A DNA stretch of 64,000 nucleotides from Octopus sinensis (Eukaryota), in assembly GCF_006345805.1 (NCBI RefSeq), contig NC_043002.1:17112001-17176000 (forward strand), written 5' to 3'. The first letter of the stretch is position 1; each line of letters begins with the position of its first letter. Positions 38,519 through 50,640 of this stretch are shown here, one piece after another. The notes beneath the pieces were generated by a model, which worked only from the letters and a program-made list of their open reading frames with translations, had not been told where the DNA came from and did no database searches. The position numbers and the translations under genes were made by a program.

Positions 38519-39339
38519 GTAAGTGGATTTCCGGACGTACAGAAAATGAGACGCATCGAAAATGGCAAGAAGGTATTTCATCATACATGTGATGGAGCAG
38601 GGATGATCTGGGTCTATACAACAGAGGACAGATTAAATTTGACCTAAACCAAATAGGACTTTGTACGGCCACTATATCTGCTAGATAGAACTCTAAAATG
38701 AGAAATATGAGTATTATTTTAAATTAGCAACAAAAAACATTTGAGACAGACACTTGCCAAAACATATCTATTTGTGTATCGTTGCAGCGATGTTAAGTAA
38801 ATATTTTCTGTACGGTATTATGGATATTCATTTAAATACCCAAACAAATGCCTGTATATCTGCATTGTAATCAAGTTGAAAACAAACAATATACATAAAA
38901 TACATAACATTTACTTCATGTATTAAATGATTCTTAGTTTAAGAGTGAATTGTACATGGCTACAGATTAGTTGCTTTTACGTTTTCTCAATGTTTCAAGA
39001 AATACAGTTTTGCAGATTGTGTAAATGTATTGATTTTATTTGCTGAACTATATGTTTTACTGGAAACGGTCTAGATATTATATGTAAAAGAAAGAATAAA
39101 TAATAATAACGCAACGGACTAACATAAATCAATAGCTTGCATATGATAGAAAAAATAAATGAGTGTGTTTAGAGATGAATAAATAAACGAACATGTGTAT
39201 ATATACTAAATGAATAAATGTATGTTATATATAATTATGGAGAATAGATATTTTTATGATACCGATTTTATGTAAACGATATATATAATGTTGTAGTATA
39301 ATGCACTTACATTAATCAAAAGTAATACTGGTACGCTCA

Positions 39340-39347
39340 TGTATGTA

Positions 39348-39412
<65 letters not shown>

Positions 39413-39532
39413 GTGTGTATGTGTGTGTATGTGTATCGTCAGTAAATAATAAATCCGAAACTGAAGCACACTCTAAGTTAGAAAGCAGTATTGTATTTAG
39501 AGAATTATAGATATGATCGGGGAAAACTAGCA

Positions 39533-39620
<88 letters not shown>

Positions 39621-39886
39621 ATATATATTATATATATGTATATATATGTATGTTATATATATATATATATATGTATATATATGTATGTATATATATATAT
39701 ATTATATATATATATATGTATATATATATATGTATGTATATATATATTACATATATGTGTATATATATGTATGTATATATATATTATATATATGTATATA
39801 TATGTATGTATATATATATCATATATATATATATACATATATGTATGTATATATATATATTATATATATATATACATATATGTATG

Positions 39887-39930
<44 letters not shown>

Positions 39931-40007
39931 TGTATGTATATATATTATATATATATATACATATATTAGTATTTGTATATATATACATATATACATATAT
40001 AAGTATT

Positions 40008-40079
<72 letters not shown>

Positions 40080-40160
40080 AATATAGACATATATGTATAT
40101 ATACATATATATGTATAGAAATATATATATATATATGTATGTATGTATGTATGTATATAC
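39340..40160. repeat. long degenerate (TA)n/(TATG)n/(CT)n tracts
   Basis: Directly visible. Confidence 0.95.
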
Positions 40161-40684
40161 AGTGGGACTGCGAATATTCATTTCTGTTAATGCCAAAATA
40201 GTAAGCTAAGAAATTATATAAGAACATAAAAAAACCTACATCATTATATAAGAAAACTTTGAGGGTAGATGCGAATTACAACGGGAATAAATAGTAAAAC
40301 TGAATAGGTTGTTGTTAGCGTCATCTTGGAATATAAATCTTCGAGACACATTCAGAGAATTATATTCTGAGCAACTGTCTTTGCTTTTTTATTTCTTTTT
40401 GTTGCTCTTCATCCCAAAGTTGTGCTACGTCGTATGCGGACAACATTTTACGTTTTAACACACGTTGAAATATTTACACCATTCAGTACATCCTACCACA
40501 TCTATACCCGTCCAATACGCTAGTTTCTTAATATCTTCACTGGTCATGCTTCAAGAACCCTGGGAGAAATTCTTGCAGTTCCAAGCAATGCTCGTTTCTG
40601 TAGGTGTTCTACTTTCACACTTGCACTAATCCTGTTCACCCATGTTAGTAGATATTATTATTATTATCATTATTATTATTATTA

Positions 40685-40750
<66 letters not shown>

Positions 40751-40752
<2 letters not shown>

Positions 40753-41304
40753 AGTGAAAGAGCAGCGCATGCCATCAAAGGGACACTGGGGTAAACCATA
40801 CGAAGCCCAGTATACCCATCATGACTACCCGTCTGATAAGGGCACGCCGGGCACATGCATCACAACCATATGTGCGTGACATGGTGATTTCATATGAAGA
40901 TACACAGCACAGGACCTTGTAGGTGGGGCCCAGTTAGAATTTTCTTCTGGTCGAGTAGCCCCTCCCGCTCAAAAGGTTTCTGAATAAAGAATGTTTAAGG
41001 ATGTTGAACGAAACACCAAAGTTTCTAGAGGTGAATTATTCAAACTCCAAAAAATTCTTCTCAACACATGGCTATGATGCTGCCCACTACCTCTGCTAAT
41101 GATTAAAGACGCATATATCGCCAGCCATTGAGGGACATGATCAACTGGTTAAGGTCAAACAACTGACAAGCATATCTGTGTTATTGAGCAAAATATTTGC
41201 TGTAGCCTATCTTTTAAACCAATACAAAACAATGTACATGATAAAACTTCATTTCAGTTAAGATCAGAAGTCACGTGAGCCACTGCCTGGTACTGCATTA
41301 GGGC
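40751..41304 (-). mobile_element. 554-bp non-coding interspersed element embedded in (AAT)n, copy 1
   Basis: Bounded by (TTA)n at 40656-40750 and 41305-41356; colinear with copy 2 end to end. Strand inferred from the (AAT)n orientation. Confidence 0.8.
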
Positions 41305-41323
41305 ATTATTATTATTATTATTA

Positions 41324-41356
<33 letters not shown>

Positions 41357-41357
<1 letters not shown>

Positions 41358-41910
41358 GAGTGAGAGAGCAGTGCGTGCCACCAAAGTGACACTGGGGTAA
41401 AATATACGAAGCCCCGTATACCCATCATGACTACCCGTCTGATAAGGGTACACTAGGCACATGCATCACAACTATATGTGCGCGACATGGTGATCTCATA
41501 TCAAGATAAGCAGCACATGACCTTGCAGGTGGGGCCCACTTAGAATTTTCTTCAGGTCGAGTTACCCATCCTGCTCAAAAGGTCCCTGAATAAGGGTTGT
41601 TTAAGGATGTTGAATGAAACGCCCATGTTTCCAGAGGTGAATTATTCAAACCCCAAAGAATCCCTCTCAACACATGGCTATGATGCTCCCCCACTACTTC
41701 CGCTCGTGATCAGAGATGCACATATCGTCAGCCACTAAGGGACATGCTCAACTGGTTAAGGTCAAACAACTGACAAGCAAATCTGTGGTATTGAATAGAA
41801 TATTTGCTGTAGCCCATCTTTTACTCCAAGACAAAACAATGTACATGATAACACTTCTAATCAGTTAAGATCAGAAGCCATGAAAGTCACTGTCTGGTAC
41901 TGCATTAGGG

Positions 41911-41911
<1 letters not shown>
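41357..41911 (-). mobile_element. 555-bp non-coding element embedded in (AAT)n, copy 2
   Basis: Same termini (tgagtga.. / ..actgcattagggc) as copy 1, many substitutions between copies. Confidence 0.8.
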
Positions 41912-41961
<50 letters not shown>

Positions 41962-42983
41962 TATTATAGCAGACCCGCGATTGAGGTACACAACAAAGCC
42001 TCAGCACGAAGAATACATTAGACAACAGCCTTGGGTTCCTATCTCGATGATATGCCGCGACTATCGGACAGAAAGCCTGAATGTTGCGAAATGCCGATTT
42101 CACAGGAGGGAGCAGCAGGTGTATTGAGCTGTTTTGTGTGATGCAAATCAACAGAATTCGATGGTCTGTATTATGAAGATTTCAAGTTCAGAACTGCTCA
42201 ACAGTGAGTTAAATATTGTAGCTAAAGTGATCATTAAGAGATACGCACGGACCTGTGCGAGCTCTGGTAGGTATGTCCACAACCTCCAGCTCAAGCGATA
42301 AATCGTAGAGCGGGTGGGGGAAAGAACTGACTTTGGAGGAGCACACTTCAGTTTGGGCCAATCTGGGGCACTTGACGGCGTGGACCATCGGTGGCTTCCC
42401 GAAAAGCTGTCTGTTCTGATCCCATCTTAAGAGACTGGATCACCACAATCTATAGTGGCATCTGCTCCATGGTCAATTCACTTCTCGGAACCTTTCAATG
42501 ATGAACGTTCGAGCACTGAGCGATGCATCCGCTCCTCACTTTTATATGTTTTGGCATTAGATACTTTTGAGCGAAACCTGAAGTGGTTTAGATATTTATC
42601 AGTGGATTTAGGTAACAAGAGAGTCGTGTCTGTATACGTTGACGACGTTAGTGTTAAGATATCGGCCTCTTCGGTTACGGAAACAACCGACACTCTACTG
42701 AAAACATAAAGGAGCACACGTAAACCAGGAGAAATCTATCGATTGACAACCAGGTTTGGAGAAGCAAGTCGTGATGATTAGCAGCAATTTCTGTCATTGG
42801 AGGTGGGGGTGCTAATGAAAGAACTCGATGCATGTTTCGGATCAGATCTCTATTTGTATCGGATCCGAGAAGAGACTATAATCAAGGTGACCAATCTCAC
42901 ACACAAATAGGGAGAATGGAAGTTGTCTCTGAATGGTCTGGTGGAAGTAAGGAATGCATACATTGTCTAGGTAGTGTACTACA

Positions 42984-43308
42984 AGTGAGGGCGCGTGGCT
43001 TAGTGGTTAGGGCATTCGGCTCATGATCGTAAGGTTGTGAGTTCGATTCCCGGCGACGCGTTGTGTCCTTGAGCAAGACACTTTATTTCACGTTGCTCCA
43101 GTCCACTCAGCTGGCAAAAATGAGTTGTACTTGTATTTCAAAGGGTCAGCCTTGTCACTTTCTGTGTCACGCTGATTATCTCCGAGAACTACGTTAAGGG
43201 TACACGTGTCTGTGGAATGCTCAGCCATTTGCACGTTAATTTCACGAGCAAGCTGTTCCGTTGATCGTATCAGCTGGGACCCTCGTCGTCGTAACCGGCG
43301 GAGTCTTT
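42984..43308 (+). mobile_element. tRNA-derived SINE type 3, full length with 12-bp target-site duplication
   Basis: A box tggcttagtgg, B box gttcgattcc, central gtgtccttgagcaagacac; TSD tagtgtactaca at 42972-42983 and 43309-43320. Confidence 0.92.
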
Positions 43309-43743
43309 TAGTGTACTACAGCTTAACAGTCGTAAGAAAACTCTGACTAGATCGTAGCGCTTGCATTTTAGCGTCTTATTGAAGGGTCAATTCCTGCCAG
43401 TCTTGAAAATCCATCTCCTGTCAATACCCACTCCGACGGGTACGCCAATCTAGAAAATCCATCTGCTGTAAATACCCACTCGCTGTAGCTGATATACCTG
43501 CAGAAATATCGAAATTATTACAATGGTATGAAGGTCGGTGACGGAAATAAGGCGAATTGCTGTGGCCGTCCTTCGTGCGGCATGTCTTTCCACAGCTCAT
43601 CTCTGACCGAACTGCAGCCATGGATCAAGCGTAGATCAAGATTCGGCAGCTGGCTTCTATAATATTGCCTGACCCGTACAGCATTGTACTAGCTGGATAA
43701 TGCTTTTTGTGGGAAATCAACACAAGATTTCTATAGAGGGTTT

Positions 43744-43911
43744 GGTAAGGAGTGGCTGGGTGGTAAGTAGCTTGCTTACCAACTACATGCTTCTGGGTTC
43801 AGTCCCCCTGCGTGGCACCTTGGGCAAGTGTCTTCTACTCTAGCCTCAGACAGACCAAATCTTTGTGAGTGGATTTGGTAGACGGAAATTGAAAGAATCC
43901 CGTCGTATATT

Positions 43912-43944
<33 letters not shown>

Positions 43945-44205
43945 GTGTGTGTATGTGTGTGTGTCTGTGTGTGTATGTATATGTTTGTGTTTCTGTGTTT
44001 GTCCAACCAACATCGCTTGACAACCGATGCTAGTGTGTTTACGTCCCCGTCACTTAGCGGTTCGGCAAGAGAGACCGATAGAATAAGTACTAAGCTTACA
44101 ACGAATAGGACATGAGCTCGATTTGCATGACTAAAGGCGGTGCTCCGGCATGGTCGCAGTCAAATGACTAAACAAATAAAAGAATAAGAGAATAAACGAA
44201 TAAAG
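43744..44205 (+). mobile_element. SINE type 2 (OR-like)
   Basis: Head, internal (TA)(TG) tract and tail. Confidence 0.9.
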
Positions 44206-45479
44206 ATATGAGAAACGACTCTAGACATCGACGAGAACAGTGTGAATGACCTTCTCTCGGAGGGCATTCTTTTCCATAATCATGGAAAATTTTCAAAAGC
44301 GTTTAGCGTGGCGGTGTTACAGAGATACTGCCTGTTCAAGACAACTTCTTCAGGCATATGATCGGCAACAGTAGAAAATGTCAGAGATGCATGCCGATGT
44401 ATGAAACTGTCTGACATGCAGTCGTTCACTGTCCCAGTCAGCCACATATGGAATTGTCTTGAGCAGCTAACGTCTTGAGTAAGACGAATCTACCGGTGCG
44501 CCGACTGCATTGGGATGAACGCTGGACCAGTTTACTTGGGCAGAGATGGGAAGCAGATCTTTCGCGATCTTTCTTAGCTTAGTGGTTGTGGAAATAGAGA
44601 GTGTGTGGTGAACCTGTTTCAAAGGTTTGAATATTGGCACTTCCCTATTTCATGAGGGTGAGTGTAGCGATGAAGTTGCTGTCTTCAGCCTGTTTATGAC
44701 ATCATCATATAGGGGAAACGACTGCAACAATGATAATTAATGAATGGCAAAGAAACTATTCCATAGAAAGACAACATTAGCACCTTGACCAGCCTTCCAG
44801 ACAGAAATGCTGTCACTCCCTCCACTGCAGCACGTATATACAACCGCAGTAGCAAAATCAGAATCAAAGACAAGACAAAAACAGCACCAACCTACGCATG
44901 TAGACCGTACGGCCATCATAAGATCAATACAAATTTCAGCAGTCATAGAAGAAAACGTACTATTATCCTCACTATTAAAACTTACAGAAGAGCGACTGAA
45001 AACACCAAGTCAAAAATGATCATCTTAACAACAATCAACACCAATGCAACTTTCAATTCTACTGCAGAAATGGTCTCCACCGAAAGTTACTAACAAAAGT
45101 AACATCAAACATATCAAAATTATAGCCATATAGTTAAGGCGATAAAATATCTCGCTAACACAGCTCGGATCACTCACGGATGTCTGCTTCAGTGAATAAA
45201 AATCAAATATCAGTCAGAGCGGGACAAAATGGAACCTAGTGATGTCTAGTAAAACTATCGACAAAAATTCTTCAGTACACTCTGACTTGCAATTATATCG
45301 CCATTAGAAGTAGGCGGATTCAGATAGATGGAGATCTGTTCAGGTCCTGTTTGAACACAGACATTAGACAATTTGGCAAAATTTCTGGTCTGAATGTAAT
45401 GCGAAGTAGCATTGCGCCAGATTCATAGTTATATAGAGAGTTAAAAAACGCAAGTTATTGATTATCAGTGGGATCGTGT

Positions 45480-45900
45480 AATCAAACACCATCAGGCGGA
45501 TATTTTCATATTGAATAAGAGAGACAAATACTGTCATGTCATTGATGTAGCCATACCAAATGACATATCTGCGCAGTTGCGGTGGTCAGATATAGTGCGT
45601 CCATACTCAAATAGACTAAGGTGGAAATATCAATACTGGACAGATGGACGAAGAAATTCATGGCGTTGCATGCAGCGCTACACCCTAAAGCAAATGTAAA
45701 TAGTCTGTATTTGAAAAGAAAGAATGGTGGCAGAGGATGAGTTAGTATAGACCATTGTGTAAGGAGTGAAAGGAGAACGCTTGCCCAGTATTTGATAAAC
45801 AGTGATGAAGACCAGCTGCAATATGCCATGAAAGATATGGTTGTAAATGCAGATGAAATGATGGACAAGGAAAAGGGAGGGTTTAACCAAAACCTGAGAA
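45480..45900 (+). pseudogene. old R4-clade LINE fragments in scrambled order (RLE piece, then RT thumb piece)
   Basis: ADIFILNKRDKYCHVIDVAIPND followed by LHPKANVNSLYLKRKNGGRG*VSIDHC. Confidence 0.65.
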
Positions 45901-45911
45901 GAGAAAAAAAG

Positions 45912-45976
<65 letters not shown>

Positions 45977-45977
<1 letters not shown>

Positions 45978-47952
45978 GGATACTCAAGGCCCTTGAGATA
46001 TACAAGATCTCTCCTGTCGTCTCAAAATTCTTAGAGAATAGCATGACCATGTGGAACACACATCTCTTTCTAAGCCATAGTAATGGGATGAGCCAGTCCA
46101 ATAGCATCAACATCAAACGAGGCATCTTTCAAGGTGACTCCCTCTCTCCATTACTTTTTTGCATGGCACTGATCCCACTCTCAAACGAATTGGATAGTAC
46201 CAGATATGGGTACAAAGTTTTTAGTAAGTTAATAAACCACCTTTTCTATATGGACGACCTAAAGCTGTTTGCCAGGAATGACCAAGAGCTAGAAGGGCTG
46301 CTAACAACTGTTAAAGAGTTTAGCATTGATATCGGGATGGATTTTGGCCTTGATAAGTTTGCTAAAGCAACTTTTGTAAGAGGCAAGCTCAGGCAAACAG
46401 CTTCGGTTAAATTAGATATTGACACTACCATCAAGGAACTTGACCCACAAGAAAGTTACAAATACCTAGGAATCAACGAAGGAGATGGTATACATCATGC
46501 TACTATGAAGGAAAAGATAAGAAAGGAATATTATAGGATAATAAGGCTTGTACTGAAGACTGAACTCAACTCCAAAAATTGCATTGAGGCCATTAACACC
46601 CTGGCACTTCCAGTAGTCCAGTACAGTTTTAACATCATTAACTGGAACCTTACGGAACTCCAACGCTTGGACAGGAAGACAAGAAAGTTACTGACATCCA
46701 AGAGCATGCACCACCCTAAGGCAGATGTAGACCGCTTGTACCTACCTAGAAGCAGCGGGGGGAGAGGAATGATGCAATTAGAGCTGTGCTATAAGACCTC
46801 TACTGTAGGAATGAACAGGTACCTATCTAGTAAAAAGGACTGGATGCTGCGACTTGTGTGCGAACACGAAAGCAGCAAAAGGCTGCATTCTATTGTCAAG
46901 GAAGCTTATAAGTTCGAAAGGGAACTAGACATTAACCTTGAATCAGATGAAGGGCCGGAAACCACTGCTACCAAGCAAGCAAAGCGAATCAAGCAGACTG
47001 CAAAAAAGAACGGGCAGAATCAAATTGAGAGGCGGTGAAGCCAGAAGCCCCTGCATGGACAATATATTCTCCGAAGCCAAAATGCTGATGTAGACCAAGC
47101 AACAACCCATCAGTGGCTGAAGAGCTCTGGATTGAAAGCAGAGACTGAAGGCTTCATAATGGCAGCACAAGATCAAAGCTTGTTTACCAGAAATTACCAG
47201 GCTAACGTTCTCCGAAACGGTACTGACCCTAAATGCAGATTCTGTGACACATTTGACGAAACAATAGACCATCTCGTTTCGGGATGTCCTGTGCTGACAC
47301 CAAACGAAAACAAAAATCGCCACGATAGGGTAGGACAGTATATACATTGGAAGATATGTAAACACCACAAATCCGACACTCCTGCTAACTGGTATGAACA
47401 CCATCCTCAGCCAGTTGTTGAAGGTAAAGATGTCACCATCCTCTGGGATTTTCCAGTCAACACTGACAGAACGATCAAGGCTAATCGACCAGACATAATT
47501 GTGAAAGACAGGGAAGAAAATACCTGCAGACTAATAGAAGTAAGCGTCCCCACTGATAAAAATGTATCTGTCAAGGAATTTGACAAACTTAGTAAATATA
47601 AGGACCTGGAAATCGAAATACAGAGGATGTGGAATCTTAAAACAAAAACTGTTCCTGTTATTGTAGGTGCCCTAGGTATGATAAAAAAGGGATGTCAGAA
47701 ACACCTAGACAATATCCCTGGAAAACCATGTCTCAAGGAAATCCAAAAGATTGTGCTAACAAGTACTGCCCACATCCTTAGAAAAACCCTATCAATGTAA
47801 ATGTTTGTTTGCATTACATGGAGATATATCTCTACTTCCCCTCCCCAAGCTTTCAGCTATATTTCAACAACTCTTAACCTTCACTTGCCCTAGGGCGCTG
47901 GGTGTGCTCCGGCAAGTGATTGCATCAAACATGCAGATTAAAAGTAAATGAC
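45977..47952 (+). mobile_element. 5'-truncated R4/Dong-type non-LTR retrotransposon (RT, CCHC, restriction-like endonuclease) inserted in (TAA)n
   Basis: GIFQGDSLSP, HLFYMDDLKLF, HPKADVDRLYLPRSSGGRG, CRFC..ETIDHLVSGC, RHDRVG, RPDIIV..IEVSVP..K..KY; one frame from 45977 to 47800 with a single in-frame TGA at 47036; (AAT)n at 45912-45975 and 47953-48009. Confidence 0.93.
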
Positions 47953-47998
<46 letters not shown>

Positions 47999-48009
47999 TA
48001 ATAATAATT

Positions 48010-48218
48010 TCTATGAAAGGCACAAGGCCAGAAATATGAGTGGGAGAAGAGGAGTAGTGGATTGTATCGACCATAGTGTTTTGGTGGTACTTAATTTATC
48101 GACCCCGAAAGAATAACAGATAGACTCGACCTCGGTGGAATTTGAACTCAAAGCGTAGCGTCGAGCGAAATACTGCTAAGCATTTCACCCAGCATGCTAA
48201 CAATTCTGTCAGCTCGCC
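48010..48218 (-). mobile_element. SINE type 1 (OK-like), diverged, between two (AAT)n tracts
   Basis: Reverse-complement head ggcgagctgacagaattgttagcatgctggg and B box. Confidence 0.8.
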
Positions 48219-48268
48219 ATAATAATAATAATAATAATCATAATAATAATAATCATAATAACAACAAC

Positions 48269-48311
<43 letters not shown>

Positions 48312-48313
48312 TC

Positions 48314-48351
<38 letters not shown>

Positions 48352-48483
48352 CATAATAATCATAATAATAATAATCATAATAACAGTAATAATAATAATA
48401 ATAATAAAATAATAATAATAATAATAATAATAATCATAATAATAATAATAATAATAATAATCATAATAACAGTAATAATAATA

Positions 48484-48528
<45 letters not shown>

Positions 48529-48549
48529 TAATAATAATAATAAAATATA

Positions 48550-48640
<91 letters not shown>
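48219..48640. repeat. ~420-bp interrupted (AAT)n microsatellite
   Basis: Directly visible. Confidence 0.95.
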
Positions 48641-48641
<1 letters not shown>

Positions 48642-49329
48642 GTTATAAAATAGTTATAGTCATCGTTTTAATACATAGAATAATAGAAAGACAAAATATT
48701 CGAGCTGACAAAGTAAATTTTATTCTGTGTTTAATCACGTACTTCAAATATTATACTTTCAAATGCAATTTAGTTGCCTTTGCTCTTAAATGCAGAGGAA
48801 TCGATCGTAATGAACCGAATTCTCCCGACAATACATCTTTCAGTTTTATAACTGAAAATGATATTAAATTATTTCATATCATGAAAAATCTTTTTTTTTT
48901 TAATAAATCATTCAGGAGGTGGTATTTTCAGTACGCGCGAATAAATCTAAATTTTATCTTCGCTTTTGATTTCATGTAGGTATTTGTAAATGTATTGTAC
49001 AAGAAATTTAATTCATTATTCTCGCATGTATGATACTCTATCAAATATATGTCATCGAGAAAAAAAATTCTATTTCCCATTTGTCACGAGCCACAACTTT
49101 CACGGTTATAATTCTCCCAGTCACATGACAAAGAAAATAAAAACCAGTAAAATTGTAATATCTGTTTTGTCCATTACAAACAGGCATGCCAAAAGTATAA
49201 CAGCATTTGAATTTAAGCACCATGTACATTAAAGATCAAAGCAAATATTAAAAGCTATTCAGTCTTGCACCAGCATATATTTCATATATCATAATATTAA
49301 TACAAATCTCTGTCTATTTATTTAAAATT

Positions 49330-50065
49330 TTGGCACAAGACCCGTAATTTAAGAGCAGTGCGTAAGTCCATTACATCGAACACTCGCACTCAATTGGTAC
49401 TTATTTTATCAACCCCGACTGAATGGAAGGCAAAGTCGACCTCGGCGAAATTAGGACTCAGGCAGTGGAAACAGCCGAAATACCACCAGACATTTTGTCC
49501 GGCGTACTAAAGATTCTACTGGTTCACCCTTGATTTATATGTATATTAATAATGGCTTCAAATTTTGACTGAAGGCTAGCAATTTTGAAAAAGTATCTCT
49601 GTTGAACTGCTTCTTAATTTAGCGACCCTGAAAGGATGATATACAAGGTCGGCCTCGGCTGTATTTGAACGCAAAACGTAAAGATAGACGACATGCCATG
49701 AAATATTTTGCTTGCACTGGCGGTGCCCCAGCATGGCCACAGCTCATGAGCTGAAACTAGAATCAATCAATCAATCACTGTTTTTTTTTTACTCTGTTTA
49801 TCATTCAACACCACTTTCCAACAGGCGTTGGTGTGTTTGTATACTTGTTAATTAAAGGTTCGGGAAGACAGACCGATAGAATGGGTATAAGTTTTAAAGA
49901 ACGAATAAGTACTTGGTCGAATCTTTTGACATAAATTCAAAGCGGTGCCCTAGTCCTCAGCTGCTAGTAATAGTATCGACACCAAAAGGATGAAAGGCAA
50001 AGTCTGCCGCCGCGGCTGTAGAACTGAAACCATAAAGTCAGAAGATGTTGTTGGCTCGCCGCCTT
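49330..50065. mobile_element. cluster of decayed type 1 (minus) and type 2 (plus) SINE fragments
   Basis: gcaaagtcgacctcggcg, gcggtgccccagcatggccacag, gaccgatagaat pieces. Confidence 0.7.
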
Positions 50066-50197
50066 AATAATAATAATAATAATAACACCAAGAACTTCCA
50101 CAACCTCGAGGTTGATGTTGATGATTATACTACTGTTAACAAAGGCGCAATACCTTAACAATATAAAACATACTGTATATAGCATAAAAAATGTTTA

Positions 50198-50640
50198 CTT
50201 TTTTACTTGTTTCAGTCATTTGATTGTGCTGGAGCACGCCTTTAGTCGAGCAAATCGACCCTAGGACTTATTTCTTGTAAGCCTAGTACTTATTCTATCG
50301 GACTCTTTTGCCGAACGGCTAAGTTACGGGGACGTAAACACACCAGCATCGCTTGCCAAGCGATGTTCAGAGGAGGGGGGGGGGCAAACACAGACACACA
50401 AACACGCACACACACATACATACATACATACATACATAAATACATACGTACACACACATATATATATATATATATACGACTGGTTTCTATCGGTTTCCGT
50501 CTACCAAATCCACTCATAACGCTTCGGTCGGCCCGAGGCTGTAGTAGAAGATACTTGCCCAAGGTGCCACGCAGTGGAAGTGAACTAGGTACCATGTGGT
50601 TGGTAAGCAAGCTACTTAACACACTGCCACTCCTACGCCT
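50198..50640 (-). mobile_element. SINE type 2 (OR-like)
   Basis: Reverse complement of head, internal microsatellite and tail. Confidence 0.9.

Larger units (their letters stand above)
41990..44700 (+). pseudogene. decayed L1/Tx1-type LINE ORF2 (RT through C-terminal zinc finger), interrupted by two SINEs
   Basis: LLNSELNIVAKV, WITTIYSGI, LLYVLAL, VYVDDVSV, and at ~44370 RKCQRC..ETV*HAVVHCP (CCHC). Confidence 0.7.

Noticed and set aside
42984-43065. tRNA gene
   Set aside because: A and B boxes continue into a SINE body with a TSD; no complete cloverleaf acceptor stem.
44737-45093. Thr/Lys-rich ORFs between the L1 relic and the R4 fragments
   Set aside because: Compositionally biased, no motif; cannot be assigned.
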